Shown: positions 12,690 to 23,825 of the stretch, piece by piece
How positions within the stretch are numbered: the first letter of the stretch is position 1
Layout of the letters: every line of letters starts with the position of its first letter
Assembly (NCBI GenBank): GCA_051313645.2
Contig: JBNRSN020000032.1
Coordinates: 23,560,001-23,624,000, forward strand
Direction of reading: 5' to 3'
DNA: 64,000 nt
Source of the DNA: Centroscyllium fabricii
Taxonomy: Eukaryota
Notes under the pieces: generated by a model
Databases searched by the model: none
What the model saw: only the letters and a program-made list of their open reading frames with translations
What the model was told of the DNA's origin: nothing
Translations under genes and position numbers: made by a program

Positions 12690-15600
12690 GTCCAATTACA
12701 GAAACTTGGCTCCAGGGTGGCCATGACTGGGAACTCAACATCCAGGGGTACTCAATATTTAGGAAAGATAGACAAAAAAGAAAGGGTGGTGGGGTAGCAT
12801 TGCTGGTTAAGCAGGAGATCAACACAATTGAAAGGAAGGATATTAACTCTGATGATGCGGAGTCTGTATGGGTAGAATTGAGAAACAACAAGGGTCAGAA
12901 AACATTAGTGGGAGTGGTATACAGACCTCCAAACAGTAAAATGGAGGTTGGGAATGGCATTAAAAAGGAAATTAGAGAAGTTTGCAGTAAGGGCACAGCA
13001 GTCATCATGGGGGACTTTAATTTACATATCGACTGGGCTAATCAAATTAGTAAAAATACTGTTGAGGAGGAATTCCTGGAATGTCTACAGGATGGTTTTT
13101 TGGAACAATATGTCGAGGAACCAACCAGAGACCAGGCCATCCTTGATTGGGTATTATGTAACGAGAAAGGAGTAATTACCAATCTTGTGGTAAGGGGCCC
13201 CTTGGGTCTGAGTGATCATAACATGATAGAATTATTCATTAGGATGGAGAGTGAGGTAGTAGAATCTGAGACTAGGGTCCTGAATCTAAACAAGGGAAAC
13301 TATGACGGTATGAGGTGCGAACTAGGTAGGATTGACTGGGAGATGTCACTCAAAGGGTTGACGGTGGATCGGCAATGGCAAATATTCAAAGGCTACATGG
13401 ATGAGCTACAGAAGTTGTTCATCCCAGTGTGGCACAAGAATAAAACAAAAAGGGTAACGCAACCGTGGCTGACGAAAGAAATTAGGGATAGCATAAGATT
13501 AAAGGAAAGGGCATATAAACTGGCCAAAAAAAGCGGTAACCCTGATGATTGGGAACAGTTTAGGATTCAACAAAGGAGGACAAAAGGATTAATTAAGAAG
13601 GGGAAAATAGAATATGAAAGTAAGCTTGCAAGGAATATAAAAACTGACTGTAAGAGCTTTTATAGATATGTAAAGAGGAAAAGATTGGTGAAATCAAGTG
13701 TAGGTCCCTTACAGTCAGAAGCAGGGGAAGTGATAATGGGGAACAAAGAAATGGCGGATCAATTAAATGCATATTTTGGCTCTGTCTTTACAAAGGAGGA
13801 CACTAGTAACCTCCCAGAGATATTGAGAAACATAAGGTTTGATGAAGGGGAGGAACTGAAGGATATCCGTATTTGCAGGGAAATGGTGTTAGGGAAATTG
13901 AAGGGATTGAGGGCCGATAAATCCCCGGGGCCTGATGGTCTGCATCCTAGGGTACTTAGGGAGGTGGCCCTGGAAATAGTAGATGCATTGCTGATTATCT
14001 TCCAGCAATCGATGGAATCTGGAACTGTACCCATGGATTGGAGGGTGGCTAATGTTACCCCACTATTCAAGAAGGGTGGTAGGGAGAAAGCGGGAAATTA
14101 CAGACCAGTAAGCCTGACATCGGTAGTGGGGAAGATGCTGGAGTCCATAATAAAGGATGTAATCACTGAGCACTTGAAAATCAGCGGCAGGATTGGACAA
14201 AGTCAACATGGATTTACAAAAGGTAAATCGTGCTTGACTAATCTGCTGGAATTTTTTGAGGATGTAACTGGGAAAATTGATCAGGGAGAACCAGTAGATG
14301 TGATATACTTGGACTTTCAGAAGGCGTTCGACAAGGTCCCGCACAAGAGACTAGCATTTAAAGTTAAGGCACATGGGATTGGGGGCAAGGTATTGACTTG
14401 GATTGAGAATTGGTTGGCAGACAGAAAGCAGAGAGTGGGAGTAAATGGGTCTTTTTCTGGGTGGCGGGCAGTGACTAGTGGGGTACCGCAGGGCTCAGTC
14501 CTGGGACCCCAGCTATTCACAATATACATTAATGATTTAGAAAAGGGAACTAAATGTAATGTCTCCAAGTTTGCAGATAACACAAAGCTGGGAGGGCGTG
14601 TGTGCTGCGAGAAGGATAGCAGGATGCTCCAGGATGATTTGGACAGGTTGGGCGAGTGGGCCGAGACATGGCAGATACAGTATAATGTGGATAAATGCGA
14701 GGTTATCCACTTTGGGGGAAAAATAGAAATGCCGACTATTATCTGAATGGCAATAGATTGGGAGAAAGGGAAGTACAACGAGACCTGGGTGTCCTGGTGC
14801 ACCGGTCGCTAAGGGTGAGCATGCAGGTGCAGCAGGCGGTTAAGAAGGCAAATGGTATGTTGGCCTTCATAGCGAGAGGTTTTGAGTACAGGAATAGGGA
14901 GGTCTTGCTGCAGTTGTACAGGGCCTTGGTGAGACCAAGCCTTGAGTACTGTGTGCAGTTTTGGTCTCCTTATCTAAGGAAGGACGTTCTTGCCATGGAG
15001 GGAGTGCAGAGGAGATTCACCAGGCTGATACCTGGGATGGCAGGATTGATGTATGGGGAGAGACTGGGTAGACTGGGTTTGTACTCACTGGAGTTTAGAA
15101 GATTGAGAGGGGATCTCATCGAAACGTATAAAATTCTAACTGGTCTGGACAGACTTGATGCAGGAAGAATGTTCCCGATGGTAGGAGAGTCCAGAACCAG
15201 GGGCCATAGTCTAAGGATAAGGGGTGACTCATTTAGGACAGAGATGAGGAGGAATTTCTTCACCCAGAGGGTGGTGGGGCTGTGGAATTTGCTGCCCCAG
15301 AGAGCTGTGGAAGCTACTACTTTGAATAATTTTAAAACAGAGATAGACAGTTTCCTGGAAGTAAAGGGAATTAGGGGTTATGGTGAGCGGGCAGGTAAGT
15401 GGACGTGAGGATAGGTTCAGATCGGCCATGTGATCTCCTGGACCAGTTTTCGATCGCCTAGATGGGTCGGAGAGGAATTTCCCAGATTTTTTCTCCCAAA
15501 TTGGCTACTGGGTTTTTTATCTGGTTTTTCGCCTCTCCCAGGTGATCACATGGGTTTGGGTGGGGTGGAGAGTTAAAATAAAATTGAGGTTAGGATCAGA

Positions 15601-15690
15601 TCAGCCATGATCTTGGTGAATGGCGGAGCAGGCTCGAGGGGCCGATTGGCCTACTCCTGCTCCTATTTCTTATGTTCTTATGTTCTTATG
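12690..15690 (+). mobile_element. CR1 LINE, 5'-truncated, nearly complete ORF2
   Basis: APE (VVYRPP, MGDFN, SDHN) and RT (KSPGPDG, NYRPVSLTS, GVPQGSVLGP, FADN); 3' stem-loop and (TTCTTATG)n tail. Confidence 0.95.
12800..15408 (+). pseudogene. CR1 ORF2 (endonuclease-RT), one frameshift near 14715
   Basis: ORFs 12800-14746 and 14695-15408 join across HFGGK/NRNADY; catalytic FADD reads FADN. Confidence 0.9.
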
Positions 15691-15930
15691 TCTACAGGTA
15701 TTTACAGACAGCAGTAAGGTATTTACAGGCAGCAGTACAGTAGTACAACAGTGGTAATAATGGTTTACCAATTCACCCCTTCTGCAGAATGAGTCCGGCG
15801 GGGTGAATGCTTGTCCGAGTCCACCATTAGCATTGCGTAATCAGTCTCTCCAGTGGTTTCGCCTGTCGGAGGGACCGTCGAGGCGCCGGTTGTGGTTGTT
15901 CAGGCAGAGGGGCCCAGGGCGTGTTGTCAG

Positions 15931-16231
15931 TGACGTATCGTCAATAATCTAATAAAACTAAAGACGCGTAGTTACCTTAACTAAAGGCTTTTATTAGCTT
16001 TACAAAGGAGCTACGCTCCGGTTGAACATCAGGTACAGAATGAATGGGGGCAGGTCAGACGCCACGTATAAGGCACTCACCTGAGGGGAGGAGTTAGAGG
16101 TATGGCTGACCTGACCCCGTGACAGTGTCGCAATACAAAGCTGTGTATAGTGCACCCAGCCGCTATACATGCTGATTAATATTGTGCAACAATATTACAG
16201 TGGTAAATAGCATGATATAATGGTTACCACA
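15931..16231 (-). repeat. 3' LTR
   Basis: Sense TGTGG...CGTCA, preceded by PPT AAGAAGGGGTGAA; direct repeat of 20936-21235. Confidence 0.95.
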
Positions 16232-16355
16232 TTCACCCCTTCTTTGAAAATTAAGTCCGGCGGGGTGAATGGACAGAGCAGTTCATAATGAGTCTCTCCG
16301 GCGGTCGTGTCTGCCTTGAGGACCGCCGGGTCTCTATCAGCGGCGCTGATGCCTG

Positions 16356-16452
16356 CAGTGTCGGCGGTGCTGGTGCCGGTAGTGTCGGCGGCGCTGGTGC
16401 TGGTAGTGTCGGCGGTGCTGGTGCCGGTAGTGTTGGTGCTGGTGCCGGTAGT
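16356..16452 (-). repeat. 24-bp coding tandem repeat (PAPAPPTL)
   Basis: About four copies of GTGTCGGCGGTGCTGGTGCCGGTA in the integrase tail. Confidence 0.85.
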
Positions 16453-18435
16453 GGCGGTGGGGCCGGGCCCTCCAGTTGCTGCTGTGCCTGCGGTGCGTCG
16501 TCCGGTTCTTGGTCCTCAGCTGGTAGTGGCGGGGGCTCCGGTGTGTGTGTGTGCATCGGCCAAAATCCGGTGGGTTGTGGTTGGTATATAGGCCAGTGGT
16601 CGATAGGTAGTGGCTGGTCGGGCTGAGGCTCGACCAGGGGCTCTGCTGTGGTTCTCCTTGCGGGTGCTAGATCCCTGATGGAGACGGTGTCCTCGCGCCC
16701 GTCCGGGAACTGCACGTATGCATACTGTGGGTTGGCGTGCAGCAGCTGCACCTTCTCCACCAGGGGGTCGGTCTTATGGCCGCGGACATGCTTTCTAAGT
16801 AAGACCGGCCCTGGCATCGTGAGCCATGGTGGAAGTGCTGTCCCGGAAGTCGACTTCCTGGGGAAGGAAAAGAGCAATTCGTGAGGTGTTGCGTTGGTAG
16901 CCGTACACAGCAGAGAGCGGATCGAGTGCAGCGCATCAGGGAGGACTGCCTGCCAACGGGACACTGGAAGGCCTCTGGACTTCAGGGCCAGGCTGACCGC
17001 CTTCCAGATGATCCCGTTCTCCCTTTCTACCTGGCCGTTCCCCCGGGGATTGTAACTGGTCGTTCTGCTTGAGGCAAATCCTTTCTGAAGCAGAAACTGA
17101 CGCAGTTCGTCGCTCATGCACGACGAACCCCGGTCGCTATGGATGTAGCTGGGAAGACCGAAAATGGCAAACAGCGTGGTGAATTGTTTGATCACCGTTG
17201 CGCTCGTCATATCTGGGCAGGGGAAGGCGCAGGGGAAGCGGGAGAACTCGTCTACGACCGTGAGGAAGTACGAGTTGCGGTCGGTGGAGGGGAGGGGGCT
17301 TTTGAAGTCAACGCTTAGACGTTCAAAGGGGCGGGTGGCCTTAATGAGGTGCGCCGTGTCTGGCCTGTAAAATTGGGGTTTGCATTCGGCGCAAACAGGG
17401 CACTCTCGAGTCATAGCCTTGATCTCCGTGATGGAGTAGGGGAGGCTACGGGATTTAACGAAATGGGCAAGTCTGGTGATACCCGGGTGGCAGAGGCGAT
17501 CATGGAGTTCCTTCAGCCGGTCTAGCTGGGCACTGGCGCACGTTCCCCTGGACAGTGCGTCCGGGGGTTCATTGAGTTTGCCTGGTCGGTAAAGAATGTC
17601 GTACTCGTAAGTCGAGAGCTCGATCCGCCACCGCAGGATCTTATCATTCTTGATTTTACCCTTTTGTTTATTATTAAGCATAAACGCGACCGACCGTTGG
17701 TCGGTGAGCAGGGTAAAACGCTTACCGGCCAGGTAATGACGCCAGTAGCGCACGGCCTCCACGATGGCCTGGGCCTCCTTTTCCACTGCAGAGTGGCGAG
17801 TTTCGAGTCCCTGTAGGGTGCGGGAGAAAAACACTATGGGCCTGCCTGCCTGATTCAGGGCGGCGGCAAGGGCAAAGTCCAAAGCGTCACTCTCCACCTG
17901 GAAAGGGATGGACTCATCAACGGCGTGGATGGTCGCCTTGATAATATCTTCCTTGATCCGGGCGAACGCCGTGTGGGCTTCTACCGAGAGAGGGAAGACG
18001 GTAGCCTTGAGGAGCGGTCTGGCCTTATCCGCGAACTGGGGAACCCATTGCGCGTAATAAGAGAAAAATCCCAGACATCTCTTCAGGGCTTTGGGATTGT
18101 GAGGAAGGGGCAGTTCCTGTAAGGGATGCATACGCTGTGGGTCGGGGCCGAGGACCCCGTTTTCCAACACGTATCCGAGGATGGCGAGCCGATCTGTACT
18201 AAAGATGCACTTATCTTTATTGTACGTGAGATCGAGCCGTTTCGCCGTGTGGAGAAATTTGGCCAGGTTGGCATCGTGGTCCTGCTGGTCATGGCCCCAG
18301 ATGGTCTCATTTTCCAGGTAGGGGAAAGTGGCCTGCAACCCGTTCTGGTCAACCATGCAGTCCATCTCCCTCTGGAATACCGACACTCCGTTGGTCACGC
18401 CGAAAGGGACCCGGAGGAATTGGTAGAGCCGTCAA

Positions 18436-18809
18436 AACAGCTACCGTCAGTGGAAAGCATCTACCTCAAACGCTGCTTACGGAGGTCTATGAACATTATA
18501 AAAGACCCCACACACCCCAGCCACAGTCTGTTCGCCCCTCTGCCCTCCGGGAGACACTGCAGAGCAATTTGCACCCGCACGACTAGATTTCAGAACAGCT
18601 TCTTCCCCAGGGCTGTCAGCCTCCTGAACTCTAAAAAGAAACTCTGGTACCTGCACGCCTGATAATGAACTTTACTGTATGCAATTTATTTATGTAATTT
18701 ATTTATTTTGTTTGCACTACTCTCGGGAGAGTCGAGTCTTCGTCTCGTTTTATTGTACTGGTACTCTGCAATGACAATAAAACTTGAATTGAATTGAATT
18801 GAATTGAAT
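18436..18809 (+). mobile_element. Rex1/Babar 3' fragment inserted in Gypsy RT
   Basis: Highly similar to 7222-7585; (GAATT)n tail. Confidence 0.9.
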
Positions 18810-19664
18810 CGAAGGCGGTGTACGGGCGATCGGCTTTCCGGATCGGGAGCTGGTGTACGCCGACTTAAGGTCGATTGTGGAGAACACCTTGTACTGGGCG
18901 ATCTGGTTAACCATTTCCGAGATGCGGGGGAGGGGGTAGACGTCGAGCCCGGTGTAGCGGTTAATGGTCTGGCTGTAATCGATCACCATCCGCTGTTTCT
19001 CGCCAGTCTTAACCACTAAGACCTGGGCCCATCAGGGGCTGGTGCTGGCTTCAATTATCCCCTCCTTCAGCCTACGCCCGACCTCCGACCTGATAAATGT
19101 CCGATCCCCTGCACTGTAACGCCGACTCTTAGTAGCAATGGGTTTGCAGTTTGGGTCGAGGTTGGCAAACAGCGAGGGGGGGTCGACTTTCAGGGTGGAA
19201 AGGTCGCAAGTCGGGCTCCGCTTTAAGAAGGGATTGTCCCGGCTACTGACGGTGAGGGGGTCCAGGGTCCCGCCGAACTCCATTGTCACACTCTTCAGGT
19301 GGCACTGGAAATCCCGTCCCAGTAAGACTGAGGCGCACAACTGCTGGAGTATGTACAATTTAAAATAACAGTACACACAGTCCCTGACTGTGAGCGTGAC
19401 GGAGCAGTAGCCGGTGACGTCCGCTGTGTGGGACTGTGAAGCAAGGGAGATTTGGTAGCGCGTGGGCAGGGTCTGCAGTCCGTAGCGCCGCACTGTGTCG
19501 GGGTGGATGAAGCTCTTTGTGCTTCCGGTGTCGAACAGGCAGTTAGTGGCATGGCCGTTGACTTTAATCCCCATCATGGAATTTGATAGGGTGTGCGGCC
19601 TAGCCTGGTCGACCGTGGCTGAGGCCGAAGTGTGTGTGCTTGTGTGGGAGCCCTCCGCTGGCCG

Positions 19665-19940
19665 GGGCCGTGCACAAGATGGCGGCGCCCATGATTCGCA
19701 CATGGTCGGCCGCTGTGGACAAAATGGTGGTGCCGGGGAGTCGCACATGGCTGGTCGCTGAAGACAAGATGGCGGCGCCGGGGGATCGCACATGGCTGGC
19801 CGCTGCGGACAAGATGGCGGCGCCCATGATTCGCACGCGGTGGGCCGCTGTGGACGTGGTGGCGGTGCCCGTGGTTCGCACGCAGCGGTCCGCGGTGGCT
19901 GGGTTGGTGGCGCCCGTGATTCGCACGCAGCGGGCCGCGC
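19665..19940 (-). repeat. 45-bp coding tandem repeat in gag-protease linker
   Basis: Units containing CAAGATGGCGGCGCC...GATTCGCAC. Confidence 0.85.
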
Positions 19941-20935
19941 TGGGCGAGATGCCGGCGTTGGGGGGTCGCCCATGGCCGGCCGTGGCCGAGTTTGGCGTGC
20001 CGTGTGCGCGGCCGGCCTCTGCCGCATCAGGGTGGGAGACGGGGGCACTTGTACCCTACCCCGGACCGTCGCTGGGTCGCGCTGCAACTGCAGCTTACCT
20101 GAGGCCAAGGGCCGGCGTTTGAGCTTTCGCAGGCTGCGCTGTTGTGTTTGGAGCTGGACGCCGGGGCCGATTTGCAGGCCCTGGCGTAGTGTCCCTTTTT
20201 CTTACACTTCTCGCAGGTCGCGGTCCTCGCGCGGAATTTCGCTCGCGGGTGTAGTCCCTGGCTGCAGAAGTAGCATCTCTTCTCCTCCGACGTCTTCGCA
20301 GCTGCCGCTGCCGTTGTGGGGGTCTCGACCCATCATGGGGCCGCCCAGGAGTCGAAGGTGGCTGGTGTGCTGTGGCTGCCGTACGCCTCTAGTCTGCGGC
20401 ATGCACCATCCACCGCGTTGGAGAGGGAGATCGCCTCATCCAGCGTTAGTGTCTCTTTCTCCAGCAGCCGCTGGCGGGTCTCTGCGGACCTGATCCCCGT
20501 TACATAGGCGTCCCGGACGAGGAGATTCGTCTCCTCTTGTGCTGTCCGTGCCTTGCAGTCACAGGCCTGGACAAGGGCTTGGAGCGCCAGCAGGTACTGC
20601 TCGTTGGACTCACCAACTAGTTGTGGTCTGGTCGCCAGCACATGTCTGGCGTAGACCGACTGGACCGGGTGCACGTAGCATGCCTTCAGTTTTTCCACGG
20701 CTTCTGTGTACGTCTTAGCATCGCGGATGAAGGAGTATACCCGGCTGGAGATCCTTGATGTGAGAACATGAAGCTTGTTCCCGTCGGTTGTCGCCTTGGC
20801 GGCCTCCATGTAGGCCTCGACGAGACTGAACCAGTGTTCAAATGTATTGGCGGCGGCTGGGTCCTGTGGACTAATGTCCAGCTTTTCGGGTTTCACAGCA
20901 CCGCTCTCCATTTTAAATTTTAAAGCTAATAAAAT

Positions 20936-21235
20936 TGACGTATCGTCAATAATCTAATAATACTAAAGACGCGTAGTTACCTTAACTAAAGGCTTTTATT
21001 AGCTTTACAAAGGAGCTACGCTCCGGTCGAACATCAGGTACAGAAGGAATGGGGGCAGTCAGACCCCACCTATAAGGCACTCACCTGCGGTGAGGAGTTA
21101 GAGGTGTGGCTGACCTGACCCCGCGACAGTGTCGCAATACAAAGCTGTGTATAGTGCACCCAGCCGCTATACATGCTGGTTAATATTGTGCAACAATATT
21201 ACAGTGGTAAATAGCATTATATAACGGTTACCACA
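20936..21235 (-). repeat. 5' LTR
   Basis: Direct repeat of 15931-16231; TATA-like CTTATA and AATAAA on the sense strand. Confidence 0.95.
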
Positions 21236-21279
21236 GTCAGCCACGGGTGCTGGCAGTGTGGCATCATCCACCCAGCTGC

Positions 21280-21645
21280 CAGTTCTGGTCACCACACTTT
21301 AGGAAGGATGTGAAGTCCTTGAGAGGATGCAGAGGAGATTTACCAGTATGGTTCTGGGGATGGGGGATCTTAGCTAAAAGGACAGGTTGGAGAAGTTGTA
21401 TTTGCTTTCATTAGAGCAAAGGAGGTTGAGGGGTGATTTAATAGAGGTGTACAAGATTATGATGGGTTTGGATAGGTTAGACAGGGAAAGGTGCTCCCAC
21501 TAGTTGATGGTATGAGGACTAGGGGGACAGATTTAAGGTTTTGGGCAAGAGATACAGGGGGGATTTGAGGAAAATATTTTTTACACAGCAAGTGGTGATA
21601 ACATGGAATTTGCTGCCGATGGAAGTGGTGGAAGTGGAGACACTC
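21280..21645 (+). mobile_element. Old CR1 ORF2 3' fragment
   Basis: QFWSPHFRKDV...RRLRGDLIEVYKIM motifs. Confidence 0.75.
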
Positions 21646-21646
21646 A

Positions 21647-22558
21647 GGGCAGGATTTTGATTGGGCCATGGAGGCGGGATTGGAGATGTGTGGTGGGATA
21701 AAATCACGAAATCGGGGTCACAAACCCATCCCGCCTCCAACCTGCCTCCATGTTAGTTTCAAAGGAGGCGGATACCCGACCTTTGCTGGGATCCGCCTCC
21801 CCAAGGCGGGAAGAGGATTAGTGCCAATTAACAGGCAGTTTTTAGTCTAATCCCTATTTTTATTGCTGAAGATGTGGAGGTGTCGGTGTTGGACTGGGGT
21901 GGACAAATGTAAGAAGTCACACAACACCTGTAACCTGGTGTTGTATGACTTCTTACATTTATTGCTGTAGTGTGGGATTCCCGATGGCTCCAACCCATGC
22001 CAAGTTAGCGAGGCAGACCGTCGGGCTGAAGGACTTGGAGGTTTTGAAATGTCCGGTGTTCAGGTGAATGATGAGTGCAGAGGTAAGTATGTTTGGTGTA
22101 TGTAAAGTGTTTAAAGAAGTTTTACTTACCTTTACTTATCTTTACAGCCTTCCTTCCTTCAGGTCTCGGGAGTCCCTCATCTCACCGGCACAGAAAGCAG
22201 AATGGTCACTCGCTGTCAAAAGTTGCAGCATTCAGCTTTCTGTTCTGGAGAAATCTCTAAATCAGCCTGAGAGGAAGGAATTAACTTGGTGTATAGATTG
22301 TCAGTGTTTGACAGCTTCAAAGAGCTGTCAAACGCTGATATTTCATCTGTCAAAAGCTCTTGACAGATGAAATGTGAATCTGTGATGTCACCTGTTGCTG
22401 GGCGGCCCTTAATTGGCCTGCTGAGCCCATTGGGTGGGCTCAACAAGGTCAATCAAGTGAAAATCACGTGGGTTGGCCACAACTCGATGGAGGCGGGACT
22501 ACAACCCCGAAAGTTGTAGTCCCGCCTCCTACACACCTCCAGTATCAAAATCCAGCCC
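21647..22558. mobile_element. Harbinger-type MITE with nested Penelope fragment
   Basis: TIRs GGGCAGGATTTTGAT ... ATCAAAATCCAGCCC. Confidence 0.65.
21870..21960. mobile_element. Penelope-like pLTR fragment, inverted junction
   Basis: Shares ACCTGGTGTTGT(G/A)TGACTTCTTACA with 44260-44285 and is present in both orientations. Confidence 0.6.
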
Positions 22559-22659
22559 TCAATATTTTCAAGGGGAGACTGGATAGGCACTTGAGGGAAA
22601 TAAACTTGCAGAGCTACAGCGATAGAGCGGGGGAATGGGACTGACTGGATTGTATGCAA

Positions 22660-22902
22660 GACCTCATCAAACTGCAGAGAATGTCACTGTTTGACAGCTT
22701 CACAGAGCTGTCATATGATGACAATTCATCTGTCAAAAATGTTTGACAGATGAAACGTCATACATTTATGTGTTCTGCAACCGGCCTGGATGGGCTTAAC
22801 AAGGTGATTCAGGGGAAAATAGCATGGGTTGACCACAAATCGATGCAGGCAGGACATCGACCTGACAAGCAGCAGTCCCGCCTCCAACCACAAAATCACC
22901 GC
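22660..22902 (-). mobile_element. Third, more decayed copy of the MITE family at 11755 and 22080
   Basis: Same twin TGACAG/CTGTCA hairpins and terminal CCCGCCTCC...AAAATC. Confidence 0.55.
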
Positions 22903-22904
22903 CG

Positions 22905-23535
22905 TTGTTTGCCAATATTGGTGTCCATTTTATTTTCCCAAGTTCTATTCTTTGCTCTTCAAAATTGACTTTTCTCCAATCTATTACACTGGTCTTCATC
23001 ATACTTATGTATTTCCAGATGATCCCCTATTTTTACTTCCAGTGCAGATCCAGTAGCAAATCCTCCCTTGTCGGGCTTCTTACATACTGGGTTAGAAAGA
23101 AGTCCTGTACACATTGTAGGAGCCCTGTTCTCTTATCCACTTTACCTAATTCTTCTGGCCAATTAAGTAGTTGAAATCCACCATGATTATTATTCTACAT
23201 GTTTTACTCATTTCCCAAATTTGTTTGCATATTTCTTCATCCACCTTCATAAATAGAGGTATTGAGTACAAAAGTAGAGAAGTTATGCTGAACCTTTATT
23301 TATCCATTATTAGTTTGTCTGTAGACTAATCCTATTAGCGTGATTGATCCTTTATTATCTTTTATCTCTATCACATGGATTCTATTTCTGTCTTACTGAT
23401 AGCTGTGTCACTTTTTTCTACTGCCATTATGTTATCTCTTATAAGTACATGTACTCCACCTCCCCTTTTTCCCTCTCTATCTTTTCTATGTTGTACCCTG
23501 CAATGTTTAATTCCCAGTCCTCATTTTTCTGTAAC
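22905..23535 (-). mobile_element. Old CR1 endonuclease-region fragment
   Basis: WLQKNEDWELNIAGYNI, QYVRSPTREDLLLDL and VIDWRKVNFEE remnants. Confidence 0.65.
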
Positions 23536-23538
23536 CAT

Positions 23539-23825
23539 GGGCTGAATTTTCCAGCGGGTTGGGGGGCGGTGGAGGGGGGGATGGGCGAAGGTAGCGGGTG
23601 TGATCTTGCTGACACCTTGCTCCCACGAGTCTTTCCCCCAGGCACGTCTGTCATCGCGGAGCCGACCCAACCGGCAGCGGTTGGCGACTCAATTGAGATG
23701 ATTATCGGATAGCTTACAGGCACTGCAGAGCATTTTTTATTTACTTTTTAAATTTCCCTGCATGGCCACGGGATTCACACAGCTCGGAAACCACGTCTGT
23801 CAACCCGAGGCAGGAGTTCCATGGC
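23539..23825 (+). mobile_element. Harbinger-type MITE fragment
   Basis: Begins GGGCTGAATTTTCC; GC-rich. Confidence 0.4.

Larger units (their letters stand above)
12222..15930 (-). mobile_element. Older Gypsy 3' LTR, PPT and integrase tail, split by a CR1 insertion
   Basis: 12222-12610 resembles the LTR at 15931 (TGATGTACCGTCAA...GTTAACCTTAACTAAGCGGCTTTTATT); resumes at 15691-15770; PPT AGAAGGGGTGAA; tail peptide RRSLRQAKPLERLI. Confidence 0.6.
16251..20911 (-). pseudogene. gag-pol polyprotein, disrupted
   Basis: ORF pieces 20333-20911, 19032-20108, 18810-19016 and 16251-18430 are colinear with the intact 1398-aa ORF at 50409-54605. Confidence 0.9.
15931..21235 (-). mobile_element. Ty3/Gypsy LTR retrotransposon, full-length but defective, no tRNA PBS
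   Basis: LTRs 15931-16231 and 20936-21235 (about a dozen differences); 5-bp TSD GTCAG; gag ATG 20911, CCHC knuckles, protease LFDTGS, RT, RNase H, integrase HHCC/DDE; frameshifts and a Rex1 insertion. Confidence 0.95.

Noticed and set aside
14570-14582. CR1 FADN as a second natural Asn-type RT
   Set aside because: The other CR1 copies here have FADD; a single G-to-A change in a frameshifted copy explains it
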